A DNA stretch of 64,000 nt from Microthyrium microscopicum. Lineage: Eukaryota. The stretch covers positions 1,742,070-1,806,069 of the forward strand of contig MU004236.1 in assembly GCA_010405405.1 (NCBI GenBank). The letters run 5' to 3'. Shown piece after piece: positions 47,635-59,622 of this stretch (positions are counted from its first letter, which is position 1; each line of letters begins with the position of its first letter). Made by a program: the position numbers and the translations under genes. Below the pieces are notes generated by a model. It was not told the DNA's origin and searched no databases. It worked only from the letters and a program-made list of their open reading frames with translations.

Positions 47635-50005
47635 CTATCGTCTACGGCTTGGAACAGGACGAGCAGGCTCGGCTTTAGGACTGCCATGGACAGTAACATT
47701 CTTGATGACTTGGCAAAGTGGGCAGTACCATTCCGCTCTACGAGGAGGAATTGTTTTGAGACCCACGCACTCAAGATGGAACCATTCTCTTTCGCACTGC
47801 TATAACAATTAGCTGAGGGAAAAAATTAGAAGATTGTGAAAAACTGACCATATCGTTCGAGCAAGCCACCATTGTGCCGTAGCTGACATCGTCGCATAAG
47901 CAATACGTCTCCTCATTTGGATCAACAACATCTTCCTCATCCGCAGCCTCATCAGCACCAGCACTCTTTCTTGATCCAGTTGTCTTCTTGACTTCCTGCT
48001 TCTTTGGCTTGTTCTTGCGTCCAGCTTGACTAACTTTGCTTGTGGCATTGTCTTCAGACGTGACGAAGCCTGGTACTGTTCTCCGGCCACCACTTCTGGT
48101 TGAACGCGGCGGAATCACAGGCGGAGTCGAGGCGTTGATACTGAGTCTTCTAGGCTCACGAACATCACGCTTCGAAGGGGCCGGTTCAGCAGAGGCAGCT
48201 TTGACTGTTTTGCGGATACGACCGCTCGATCTAGTGACTGGGGTGTCCATCTGCATTGGAGATGGTTGAGGCTCGGCGGAAGCAGCTGCATCCTTGGGCG
48301 CTGTCGAGATACGGCGAGGGCGAGATTGAGCTGCGGTTGGAACGGGTGTGGGTACGCGCTTTCGAGACTCCTTGACTTCAGTTGGCGTTTCGATTGACTC
48401 AACTTGAGCGTCAACATCCAGTTCCATGGGCACTGGTGAGGAAGGACCTTCCGGTGCTAGAGGCACTGTAGTACTCGTCGTTGTCACCTTGACGGGTGAA
48501 ATTGCTTTTGACCGAGATGCTCGAGGAGATCTAGATGGTAATACAAGTTGGGATGGTTTATCAACTTTTTGCCGCTTCGGGTCGCGCTTGGGACTTGTTG
48601 TGGATGGTGTTACAACTTGAGCAGACGGAGTATCCTTGGCTCCTCGTTTGCGTTTCTTTTGAGCACCCTTAGCCTCTGGAGTGATATCAAAAAAGTTTTT
48701 CATGGAAAGAGAAAGATCTTGGAGTTTAGTGATGTGGTCTTCAAGAGGTAGTACCTGTCCAGATGATTGTCGTGTGTGACGCCTAGTCTGCACATGCGAC
48801 ACTTCAGGAGTGTCAACATTCTCTCCTCCAACACCTTGTTGATCACTAAGACGCGCTTCCTTTTTCTTCTTCTTTGCCTCATTTAGTTTCATACCCGTAT
48901 TGGTGATCACACCATCTTGTGGTGAACTCCAGTCAATATTGATACCAGACTCGGGATCTGTATCTTTAGAATCAGGTTTTTCGTCAAGAAAAGGCAAACC
49001 TTCAGCTTCAGCTTCGGCTTTAGCAGCTTCGTAGCTCTTTTTATCACGTTTATCGTTGGCAAGTTCCCGTTCCACCATTTGAGGCGAAGGTTGCCAGGCG
49101 ACATTTTTCTTCATCATTTTGCGGATTTTAGCCATTTCGAATTGAGTGAGCTGTAGCCAAGGTCGCCATTTGCTGCCACGAGGCGCATTTTCTGGCGGAG
49201 GTGTCAATTGTGCTAGTTTAGCGCTGGTGGAAATCTCCTGGACACGATAGTGAAGAACTTGGCCGTCAGGGCCTAATCTTCTCGGTTTAGGAGTTTTCGG
49301 TTTTGGTGTTTTGGGAGCATCCGCCCGTGGCGCGGCTTGCTTCTCTCCCTCTACTGCCTCTTCGTCTTCCTCGACACCCTCCATTTGTTGCTCAGTCACG
49401 GGCTCATCTATTTCCGCGCCAGAAGCAGCTTGCTCGAGTATAGGTGGATTAGGCACAGTCACCTTTTTAGGTGCTTTAGGTGTCTTGTCTGTCTTATCGG
49501 CAACACTACTCTTGAGCTTGACGGGTGATGCAGCCTTTCGAGATCGAGTAGACTGCAACACAGCTGGTGGAGTAGGATCACGAGATGGAGGCTTGGGTAG
49601 AGCTTGAAGCTTTGTCTTGATCAAGCCCAAGCGGACCTGATGTTTCTTGACCACCTGACTAATGCGTGTAGACTCTGCGAATGAAGCCTCGCGACAACTC
49701 ATAGCCCGATCAAGTGCGCGTGATATTTCTTGTCGCATCGCTTGCGCGTCGGGTCGCTCTGGAGCAGGTATTTGAGGTAAGGTGCCATAGCGAAGAGTCA
49801 AGTCGTGAACTTTGGCAGAAGCGTCGTTGTAAGCTTGGTCAAGCTGGCGTATGAGGGTAAAGGAGCGTATAAGGTCTGAAGGAAGGTATTCGGTGTAGTC
49901 CAAGAAATCGGTGATGACGGCGTGGGCCTCAGGATCTGTGGCTGGCTCATCGAAAGTAAGAGCGCTGGTATGGATAGCATCGGGCAGCTCGGTATCATCG
50001 GCCAT
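47635..50005 (-). CDS. ING-family chromatin reader with C-terminal PHD finger
   Basis: N-terminal ING domain DFLDYTEYLPSDLIRSFTLIRQLD; PHD YCLCDDVSYGTMVACSND|CEREWFHLECVGL...WYCPLC split by one intron. Confidence 0.9.
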
Positions 50006-50667
50006 GAAGGGCAACACGTCGAATTCGGGCCAAAACACGTCGGGACGCGTCTAGATAGTATTGGAATTGTGCCGAAATGTTCCGATGGGACGAGCTTTGT
50101 CGGTAGGTGGGAAGATTTGCTGTTGTGGGGTAGGAATATGCTGTGATGCTTGACGGTGTCAGAAGACAATTCAAGCAGGTGACTAGTCCGCGATGAAATG
50201 GTAGCTGTATAGGTGGATGTGAGGCAATGCAGTTGCAGTTGTTGGGAGGTAAATGCACAGGCCAGGTGGATGAGCTACAGGCGCGACCTGGTTTAGAGTG
50301 CCAAGAGTTGCTAAAAGCAGGCACGATTGGCGCGATTGGAAGGCGCGAGGGCGGCCTCACGTGCAGGGGGCGTCTGTCGCAACTTCCAGATCTGGTAATT
50401 CAATTCCAACTTCATCATTTCCTTCTTGGGCTCATTCGGATGTATTCCACTTGTTCCTGATTGGAAACATCAATGTTGAAATGATAATGAGCTGAGCAAC
50501 TGAAAGTCTGTGGGTTGCGGTTGACCGCATGAGAAGACGAACAATTCCCTTTACACCTACTGTCTGCAATCTACACCGCCCTTCCTCCAACTTAAAGCAA
50601 CTAATCACTTTGTCCCAACCCTCTAACCTCCCGTAACCTTGCTGCGCCGTCGCCATCAATCAAAACC

Positions 50668-51912
50668 ATGGATCAAAATGAAATCGATAAAGACGACGTC
50701 GAGCTCATGCTCAAGGCTGCCAAACTAACCGTGAATCCTCCGCCCAAAGATGAATGGCAAGAACTTATCGACGAGTTCCCTGACTCCACCTCTCCTCAAC
50801 AGTCAAGCCTAACACAGGATCCTGCCATTGAGACAACCCCCGAAGCCGTAGAAGAGCAACTCCCTGCTCCTGTCGAAGAGCATACCGCCCACCCATCTGA
50901 GGCTAGAGATTCAGACGCTGCGCCATCTTCTCCCAAAAAGCCATGGCCTACCAAAGAGGAACGCAAGCAGAAGAAAAAAGCCAAGCGTCAAGACAAAATC
51001 GATGCCATAAACGCCGAGTTCAAGCGCGCTCAGCACTACTTCGGCCTCCGCTGTCGACCAGAAGAAGCAGCACTTCCCGGGCCGCCAGGTGATGAGGAGA
51101 ATCAGAAGCCCGAGCTAAAGGAGATCGACACCGCTGTAGCCCGCGAGAAGATGCTCAGAGACGAGCTCTTTGAGCAAAAGTTCAGCATCGACAATCCGCC
51201 ACCATACGAGCCATCTACATATCCAATACTCGTCTCCGTTGATGTTGAGGCTTGGGAGCGCAACCACAACTGTGTTACAGAAGTCGGCGTATCAACTCTT
51301 GACACCAAAGTACTGAATGATATGCCGCCGGGTGAACTTGGTGCCAACTGGATGGAAACCATTGACGCCAAGCACTGGATCATGCTAGATTATATCGATC
51401 TCCACAATACCGAGTTCACCGCCGACGGTGATGGTAACCACAAATTCGACTTCCAACATGGTGAGAGCCTAGAGTTTTACATCGAGAAACTGCCTGCTCG
51501 ATTTAACGAAGTGCTTGAAACGGTCTCTGATAATTGGAAGCGCCCCATCGTACTCGTCGGCCATAATATCGCCTCTGATCTCAACTTCATTGACAATGTC
51601 TTTGCGGAAATTGAGCGGGCGGATGTGTTGGACACACAGCATCTGTGGCAAGCGCTGAATGATCACTCGCCGCAGGCCACGCAGGTTAGTCTAAAGAACG
51701 TGTGCGGTGATCTAGGCCTGAAGTGTACTGGCTGGCATAACGCGGGAAATGACGCAAGGAACACGATGCAGGCCTTGGTGGCCATGATGGTGTGTGAGGC
51801 GAAGATGCGGCATGAGATGGCAATGAAGAAGTATGCGCAGATCAAGGACGATGAGGATCAACCATCTGCGCCCCTACCAGCCGGCGTGTTGGAGGACGAG
51901 TCTTCTTTGTAG
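50668..51912 (+). CDS. DEDDh exonuclease-like protein (QDE-2-interacting protein QIP / Gfd2-YDR514C family)
   Basis: LVSVDVEAWE..HNCVTEVGVSTLDT, LVGHNIASDL, LDTQ, HNAGNDA motifs. Confidence 0.82.
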   Translation: MDQNEIDKDDVELMLKAAKLTVNPPPKDEWQELIDEFPDSTSPQQSSLTQDPAIETTPEAVEEQLPAPVEEHTAHPSEARDSDAAPSSPKKPWPTKEERKQKKKAKRQDKIDAINAEFKRAQHYFGLRCRPEEAALPGPPGDEENQKPELKEIDTAVAREKMLRDELFEQKFSIDNPPPYEPSTYPILVSVDVEAWERNHNCVTEVGVSTLDTKVLNDMPPGELGANWMETIDAKHWIMLDYIDLHNTEFTADGDGNHKFDFQHGESLEFYIEKLPARFNEVLETVSDNWKRPIVLVGHNIASDLNFIDNVFAEIERADVLDTQHLWQALNDHSPQATQVSLKNVCGDLGLKCTGWHNAGNDARNTMQALVAMMVCEAKMRHEMAMKKYAQIKDDEDQPSAPLPAGVLEDESSL

Positions 51913-52240
51913 CTACAAAACTTGTCGAAAATCTTACCTACCTTGCATCCTACACCTCTCATCTCAAGTCAGACATTCGTCAACAGATTGCCTCGAAATT
52001 CTGGAATTTTGAACCATTATGCTCTAATAAAACGTGGTTGACTCAACGCAATAGCAACAACGGTTCAGCTTTTATGTTAAATTAGTAGTTCAAATCAGAT
52101 TGGAGTCAGTGGAGTTAAGCATTACATGAACCACCACTTGAAATGGGAAACAACTTTTGAATTAGATATTAAGCGATATACGACATCTCTAGCACATTCA
52201 ACATTTTGCAAAAACAGAAAAAATCCTGAATATCGAAGAT

Positions 52241-55200
52241 CTACACTCCTGGTAAAGGATAGAAGTATGGATCATTAGGCCAACTACCAAACGTACCATC
52301 CTGTCCGATCCTGACCCACTGACCTATACTTGGAGTCGGCCCATCCAGTACAAATAACTTGAACCATCCAGGTGGGCAAACATGAGAGTTGGGAGGCGAA
52401 ACAATGGTGCATGTTGTTCCTGCACAAGAGAACTCTGGGAATATTGTCCGTTGGCCCATACTGTTCCCATGCGTCGAAGAGACGGCGCCTAACAGACTAA
52501 CACGTAGGCTCCCAGTGCTACCAGAAGTAAGCGTAAACTGGACCGATTGTCCATGAGCCCAGTCTTTCTCCGTGATGCTGAATGATGGACGAGGCAACCC
52601 AGAGCGAAGGTAAGCTGGGATGAACACCTCGACGCGATATTCTTCTGGATATGTGCCGGTTTGATCTTGTGGATCGGAGCCAGTGACAAGAACTCGTCCG
52701 TCCAAGAGGGTAATAGCTTCCGAATGATACATACGAGCGACGATCGTGCTGTTCATCTTACTCATTCGCTGACCAATTGGCTTGCTTGGGTCGTATAGTA
52801 CTGCGTCGTAGTTTGGATTTATGGCGAGCCCAAAGCCTGCGACACCTTGCATAGCTCCATTCAGGATTAAGTAAGTGCCGTCGGGTAATTCTGCTATGCA
52901 GCTCATCACGCGCTTGGACGGCATACGCTCGATTACCCAATCTGCACCATTCACTTCGGGTTGGGTAGATATACCTAAATAATTAGAACGGATTATAGTG
53001 ATGCAGACTGTAGAACTCACAATTGTCTATCGCCTCGCCTTGGCCTTGCGTCGATCCTCCGCAAATCAACACAGTGACAGGATCTGTATAAGGTGCTTTC
53101 TGGGGAAGTAGAACCATTGTGCCTTCCAATGGGTAGGTGCGCCCGGCTGTCAGATCATTGTTGACATTACCAGGAATGGGTGGCAATGTCCTGGTCGTCG
53201 CGAAAGTTTTCTCGTCCAAGATGATCGCTTCATTGAAGTAGCAAGCAAAGATCCCACCTGATGGAAGCACGGCCATGAAAGGGTAGAGGTTCCAGGGATC
53301 AGTTCTTTCGAGCCATTCCATGTACAACGGTGCTCCTACAGCTGGGAGTAGTTCCAAAGTCGGCACTGGGGGAGCATTGGATCCAGATTCACCACCTACA
53401 ATCAGAGCGGATCCGTTGGCCATGATCATAGCCGAAGGATACCATCTTCCATCCTGCGAGGCAAGAATATCGGGGTTCTCAAGCCAGTCGTTCGTTCCAT
53501 TGACGCCGGCTGATCCGTCAGGGGTATATAAGCGGACACCATAAGTAGACGTGCCTGACCAACCTCCGATGTTGAGTTGACGACCAAATTTGTCGGGGAG
53601 GGTGAGCGCTGCAGAACAAAAGACATCACTGGCAGGATGCATGACTCTCCATGCTGAGGAGAAATCATCAGTCAAGGTGAGGTCGAGCTCATATCCTCCG
53701 GTCGAATTGATTGCGCCGGTTCCTACTTTCTCCAGGAAGGTCACCTTGCCATTGACTCCAAGGGTCGTAATTAGCGGGACTACAACTCCTCCGATTAAGT
53801 TCTGATATTCACCCGGGTCTGTCGGGGTATTCCACACGTAAAATGGAGTGCCTTGCCAAGTGTAGTACGCAATTATTCGAGGACCTCCGCAGTATGTGGT
53901 CTGCATATAGTTAGTACAGGAAGACAATAACGAGAAAAGAAAATCATGAGCTTACCGCATTGCCAGAGCAGACAAAATTGCATTGGCCATCAGCCACAGG
54001 GGTCGAGCCGGACTCCACGAGGTTTGAAGGGTCTCCGCAATAACACTCGCTTCCATATTCTAATCCGGCAGAAGGATATCCGTATTTCTGACATTGCGCA
54101 AGACAACCGGCTACCGTAGTATTGGTGTCTGACACAAGTTGCCAGGGTAGAGCGCGCGCAGTGTTGTTATTGTCCGTCATGCAGCCAGAGTAAGTCCAGT
54201 TCCCTATTCCAGTCTTTTGAATCTGTGGCACAGGAAGTACAGGTACAGTCCCATTGATTGAGCTATACAATGACAGTCTATTTGGACCTGCGATGTGTTA
54301 GTCAACCAAAATAAAGAAGGAAGAATTTCATGGCGATAAACACATACCACCGCAAGTTTCAGTAGAATCGCCAGCACATGCTGTTGAGCAGTCCGACTCA
54401 ACGCCCGGTGGAGCGCCGTTGCGAATGAAGTTATCACAGAAGCATTGATAGCTATACTCCATGCCAGCAATCGAATAACCCAAGGCTTGACACTCTGCCA
54501 CGCAGCTGGCAATTGTCATACTCTGATCATCGGTCTGTTCATTGCCCATGCTGCGACCTAGATTATTGTAATTGTCCTGCCAACAGCCCTTGTAGGACCA
54601 GCCAGCAGGGATTCCGAGGCCAGTAGGAGTCGGAGGCGCGCTGGATGAAGTGGCAGAAGCTCCTGGTGCTGCGAGATATTGATAAGCATTCAGCCTAAAA
54701 GATCCACCGCACATTTCGGTTGCATTTCCTTGACAAGCCATATTACATCCCACGGATCCATCCGGTGCTGGGCCACCACCATTCCGGGGGGTAGAATCAC
54801 AGTAGCACTCATCCGCATATTCAACACCAGCGTACGTATAGCCCTTTGCAAGGCAAAGACCTTGGCATACTTCTACAGTCATCTTGACACCACCTGGAGG
54901 GTTGATTCCATTGGCAAAGGTTCGCTGGGCCGCGTCCGTCCAGCAACCAAGACTTTGCCAGCCAGTAGGGGCGGCTGACGAGGCACTCGAAGAGCTAGAG
55001 GATGTCATTGTCGCAGGTGACGAAATCGATGAATTAAATCCTATTGATGATGATGTGTTCATTGCGCTTGCCGAAGATGATATAGAGGAGTTGGAATAAT
55101 AGGACGAGGTTGGAGCGGTCAAGTTTGCGTAAGAGAAAATTGACGAATTCGACGTGATGTATGAAGTTGTAGTTGCCATGGAGGACGTAATTGTCGAATT

Positions 55201-58082
55201 GGGAGAGAATGTTGATGGAACTGTTAAACTTGCTGACGAGTATGATGGAATGATTGAAGATGAAATAGTTAGGCTTGATGCAGTGGTGGTTGAGGAATTT
55301 GCAAGCAAAGACAGCGACAACGACGAAATAGTCGAGCTTGCTGACGAGGCGAATGAAGAATTAGACATTATTGATGAGGAGGGAGTCATTAGACTTGCTG
55401 ATACTGAAGCCGACGAATTGGCTGCCATGACCGAAGAAGACGCAGTTGAGCTTTGCGAAAATGAGACTGAGGAATTGGATGACAGCGTAGAGGCTACCAT
55501 CAAGCTTGCCGAAGATGAAATTGACGAGTTGAAAAGGACATTCGATGAAGCAGACGCAGATAAAGAGCTCATGGAGGAAGTAGTACTGATCGTTGAGTTG
55601 GCCATGGCCAACGACAAGCTGCTAGACACAATCGTGCTTGATGCTGTGATAGAGCTGGAACTCAAGGAAGTAGAGTTACCAACGGATGAAGTTGTTGACG
55701 ACTCGGAAGAGCTGGTCAATACACTGGCTGAGGATGTCGCTGTTGAGCTTGTCGACGAAACCATGACTGTGGAGGGCACAATACTAGTCCCCGATGAGGT
55801 AACAGACGACGACGTTGAAGAGACAATGGCGCTGGATGACGAGATAGCGCCGTAACTATAAAGGTTCAAGCGGTCCGGGCCGCCGCACAGTTCGTTTCTT
55901 TGAAATGGTCAGTACTGGTACTTGTTATAGCCGTATATGACTTACTTGTTTCCATTGCATCCCATGTTGCATCCAACAGAACCGTCGGGTGCTGGGCCAC
56001 CTCCATTTCGAATTTGATTATCACAGTAGCACTCTCCTCCATACTCCACGCCAGCCAGTGTATATCCAGAAGAAAAACATGCGGAATTGCATAGCTCCAC
56101 AGTCATGCCACCATTTACAACACCAATCTGACTCAGAGATCGAGTGTTGACAGAGTCAGTATAGCAGCCCAAGCTAGTCCATCCAAGATTACTCTGTGCA
56201 GATGCCGAGGCAGATGGAGCCGATGAAGCAGAAGAGCTGGACCCGGCAGACGGTGCGACATACTGAAAGAAAGTCAAGCGGTCGGGTCCGCCACATATCT
56301 CCAGAGTATTTCCGTTACATTGCATATTACAGCCAGAATTGCCATCAGGGGCAGGACCACCGCCGTTCTGTATGCTGTTATCGCAATAGCACTCGCCGCT
56401 GTATTCAACCCCAGCAAGATTATAACCAGCAGCTTCGCAAGATGACTGACAGTTCTCCTGGGTCATATTTTGCGCGCCACCGAGAACTTGCATCCCCACG
56501 GACAGTGATCTCTTCGCTACAGAATCCGTGTAACAGCCGAGAGCTTTCCACACGGGTGTGTCCGGATTTGGAGCTCCAAGTTGATAAGTGTTCAGTCTAA
56601 ATGAGCCTCCGCAGTACTACTCAGAATCGTAAGCTACTATTGAGACACAAGAGTTAGAAAAGTAGAAATACTCTTACCTCAGACGGTGCTCCAGCGCAAA
56701 CCATATTACAGCCGGCTTCTCCATTGGGGGCAGGTCCATAACCAGCGCCAATTGCGTTATCGCAATAGCATTCTTGACCATATTCTACGCATGAACAGTC
56801 AGCATAAAATCAGCGCGAAAACTAGGCTGAATAGTTCAGCTTCTGCTGACATGGACTATGGAATACAGCGTTCGAGCAGAAAAATCGCTTTCAGAAAATG
56901 AACCACTGGCAGGGAGTACTCACCGACGCCGGCTAATGTATAGCCATTGCTTTGACAATAGCTCGTGCATGTTTCAACGCTGGTACTCGACGCACCGCCA
57001 GGTAATTGAGCGCCCACGGCCAAAGCTCGAGGGTAACCATCGCTAGATACTTGTAAGCACATTGACTAGGTACTGGTGCCTGTAGATGAACTTACGTATA
57101 ACAGCCGATGTATCCCCAATTGTTCGTGCCACCAAGTGCTTTCGGAGCAGCAGGCACAGCAACTCCAGGAGCACCACTATAGAATACTGAAAGACGATTA
57201 CCGGCCCCGCAAGGTTCCGTGGCTAAGAACCTATCAGCAAAAAATTGAGAAAAACCGTGGGATAAGTCAAGACAGTATGGAGACCCCCGAATGTGGTGCT
57301 CGCGTTCACTTCCTGGGCACACTAGTAGCCATTGAATACAACAGGGCTACTAAGAGTGTTGGGAATAGAAATGTGGCAACAAAATGTGCTCCGTCAGAGG
57401 GAAAGCTTACCATTGCCTCCACAGCTCATATTACAGTCAGTATCCGGCTCGACAGTTCGAATATTCAGGTTGCTACCACAATCTTGAAGATCCTGGTTAG
57501 CCCTGCAACTATATCAAATAGTGAGTTTACTTACAGCACTGGAGTTCGTTAGAACAAATTGAGAGGATTAATCACCCAATGATTAGTAATTGCGCGGTAT
57601 GACTGTATGATGGACCGCTCCCAATAACGCCTATATGTTGGAACATTATACAGGAGCCTTCCGGCATACTATCGCCCATGTCGAATGTGAAATGGGATTG
57701 CACGGGGGACTTGCCTCCTTTGAGTACTCAGTACCAGCATAAGCAAATCCTTTTGCAGAGCAAAAAGACACACATTCCTCGTTGGTCATGTCGTCTGCTG
57801 TGGTGGTAGACCCGGTAAGTGTTCGAGAGTTGACAGAATCGCTTCAAAGCATCAGTTCGTCAGTTAACATATAGACTAGAGTTGTGCGCACTAATAACAT
57901 CCATTATAATTATAGGCTCCAATCGAACTTGAAGGCGTCGCTAAAGCTCTACGGAAAAGAGTGCGTGAATCGGGAAGGGCGGTCTACGATTGTCAGTCCG
58001 TAGTTTGGAACCTATGATGGAATCTGCTTACTGCCAGAGAGTGTATGGACAGCAAAACTGTCACTGAAAAAAGATGGACCAT
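52241..58082 (-). CDS. WSC-domain copper radical oxidase (glyoxal oxidase-like, AA5_1) with about 7 WSC domains and a Ser-rich spacer; many introns
   Basis: Signal peptide [17 protein letters not shown]; repeated GCY.D...AG.EY..ECYC...C...C.G...E.CGG..RL WSC units; catalytic set DVFC, RWYP, RMYHS, STHG present. Confidence 0.92.
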
Positions 58083-58537
58083 TTTGAAATAATAGTCGGT
58101 TCGCAAGAAATGTAGAGTAAACCAGTGTTAGGCTGAACTGAAAGATTAGTAGTAAAGTATAGGAAAATAATTCATTGAAGGTACATTGATTGTAAAATGA
58201 GTGTAACGGTGTAAGGCACCAAATGAATTAACGACAGTGTTCAGGCGAGTGTGAGGAACGAAGATTCAATCAGAAATTGTGTTCATCGCGACAAGAATAC
58301 ATTTGCGAAGGCACAAGATACAGGATGGGTAGGAGTATTGCATTAGAACATGCAAAACAGGCCAGTCTCGCTTAGCTCCGAGTAGCCTCCAAGGTTCATT
58401 AACGTAGCAGACTCTACCGCTCCGACTGATCCGATCCAGACCTGGATATTGACCTACGCATTTGATCGCGCAGTCTACATTTTTGGCTCACATTGGACAA
58501 AGGCCCAGATGGAGCCGCAGCCCCTTTCAATGGCAGA

Positions 58538-59188
58538 CTATATTGGTTGGGAAACCGCCAAGGCGTAGATAGACGTGACAGGCTGATAGCCGTCAAAGAC
58601 GACGCAGCAGAGCAGCTGAGGAACGAACTGTTCTGAGTGTTTGTGGTGTGAAGTGGATGGGGCAAGGCTGTGATCCAGTATTTCCACAGTCAAAGCATCC
58701 ACTGACGTTCGAGTGTACCATGGCGCATACGGTAGATCTGTCGAGTCCCTACCAAAGGCGCTGGTCTGGTCCGCGAAGGCCTGAAAAGAAACGAAATCTC
58801 TAGGAATGGTGGCAGTCAAAGTGGTGGAGCTCATTTGGCCCGTAGCAGGATCAATAGCGCGTCCTGAGTCCTGAGGGCGTTCATGAAGAAAGACCTGGAA
58901 TAAGAAGTTGGCCATCACTGCGACCGACATGCCGCCCGGCGCCTGAACAGTCAAGGAGCCGGATGGCTGAGAGCCTGAGATTGCAAAGCTCTCTAAGCTC
59001 TCGCCAAAATATTCAGGGTCTTCTAGAATTGCGGCCATGAGAGATAACAACGGGTACCTGCAGAAGCGCCATGGAATCATGACCTCGTGAGGAAACTGTG
59101 CGATTTGACACTTCTCTTTGGAGATGTGTACAGGTGCCACAGATAGACAGACAACCAACCACAGCCTGGTTGTCAACCGCAGGCGCAA
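58538..59188 (-). other. Unassigned 216-codon ORF between the peroxidase and the copper radical oxidase
   Basis: Long open frame co-oriented with the neighbours (first ATG internal); no family motif recognised with confidence. Confidence 0.25.
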
Positions 59189-59622
59189 TCGGTCAGGCTG
59201 AAAGCTTTGACATTAGATGGATGAAGTTGCGCCAGAACTGATGGTTGATGGAGGGCGTTTTCTCCGTGTGCAGATCTTTGACCGTGGGGGTTGGCCAATG
59301 CTCAAGACTAGTGGTTTTTGCACTCACTTGGCTAATTGCGTTAGCGCCAGACACCCATGCACGCATTCAACCAATCATTGCTTACAGTGAATTATTACAT
59401 ACCTACTCTCGCACACTATCTGGCAAATTTTATTGTCTAACGGCCAGGCAGACTCTACGGTACGCCCCAAAGGACGGACAATATCTATGCCATTGCGCGC
59501 GAGAGAAGATGGCGTCAAACGATTTCGAAAGGGCATGGAATGATAAAGTGCAGTCATTGGAAAACATCGTAGTCGATGCTATGAACCGGGTGTTTGCCGA
59601 CTCAACGACAGTCTAGCGTTCA

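Noticed and set aside
55154..55855. 233-aa highly acidic plus-strand ORF
   Set aside because: Antisense shadow of the Ser-rich (TCN) spacer of the copper radical oxidase.
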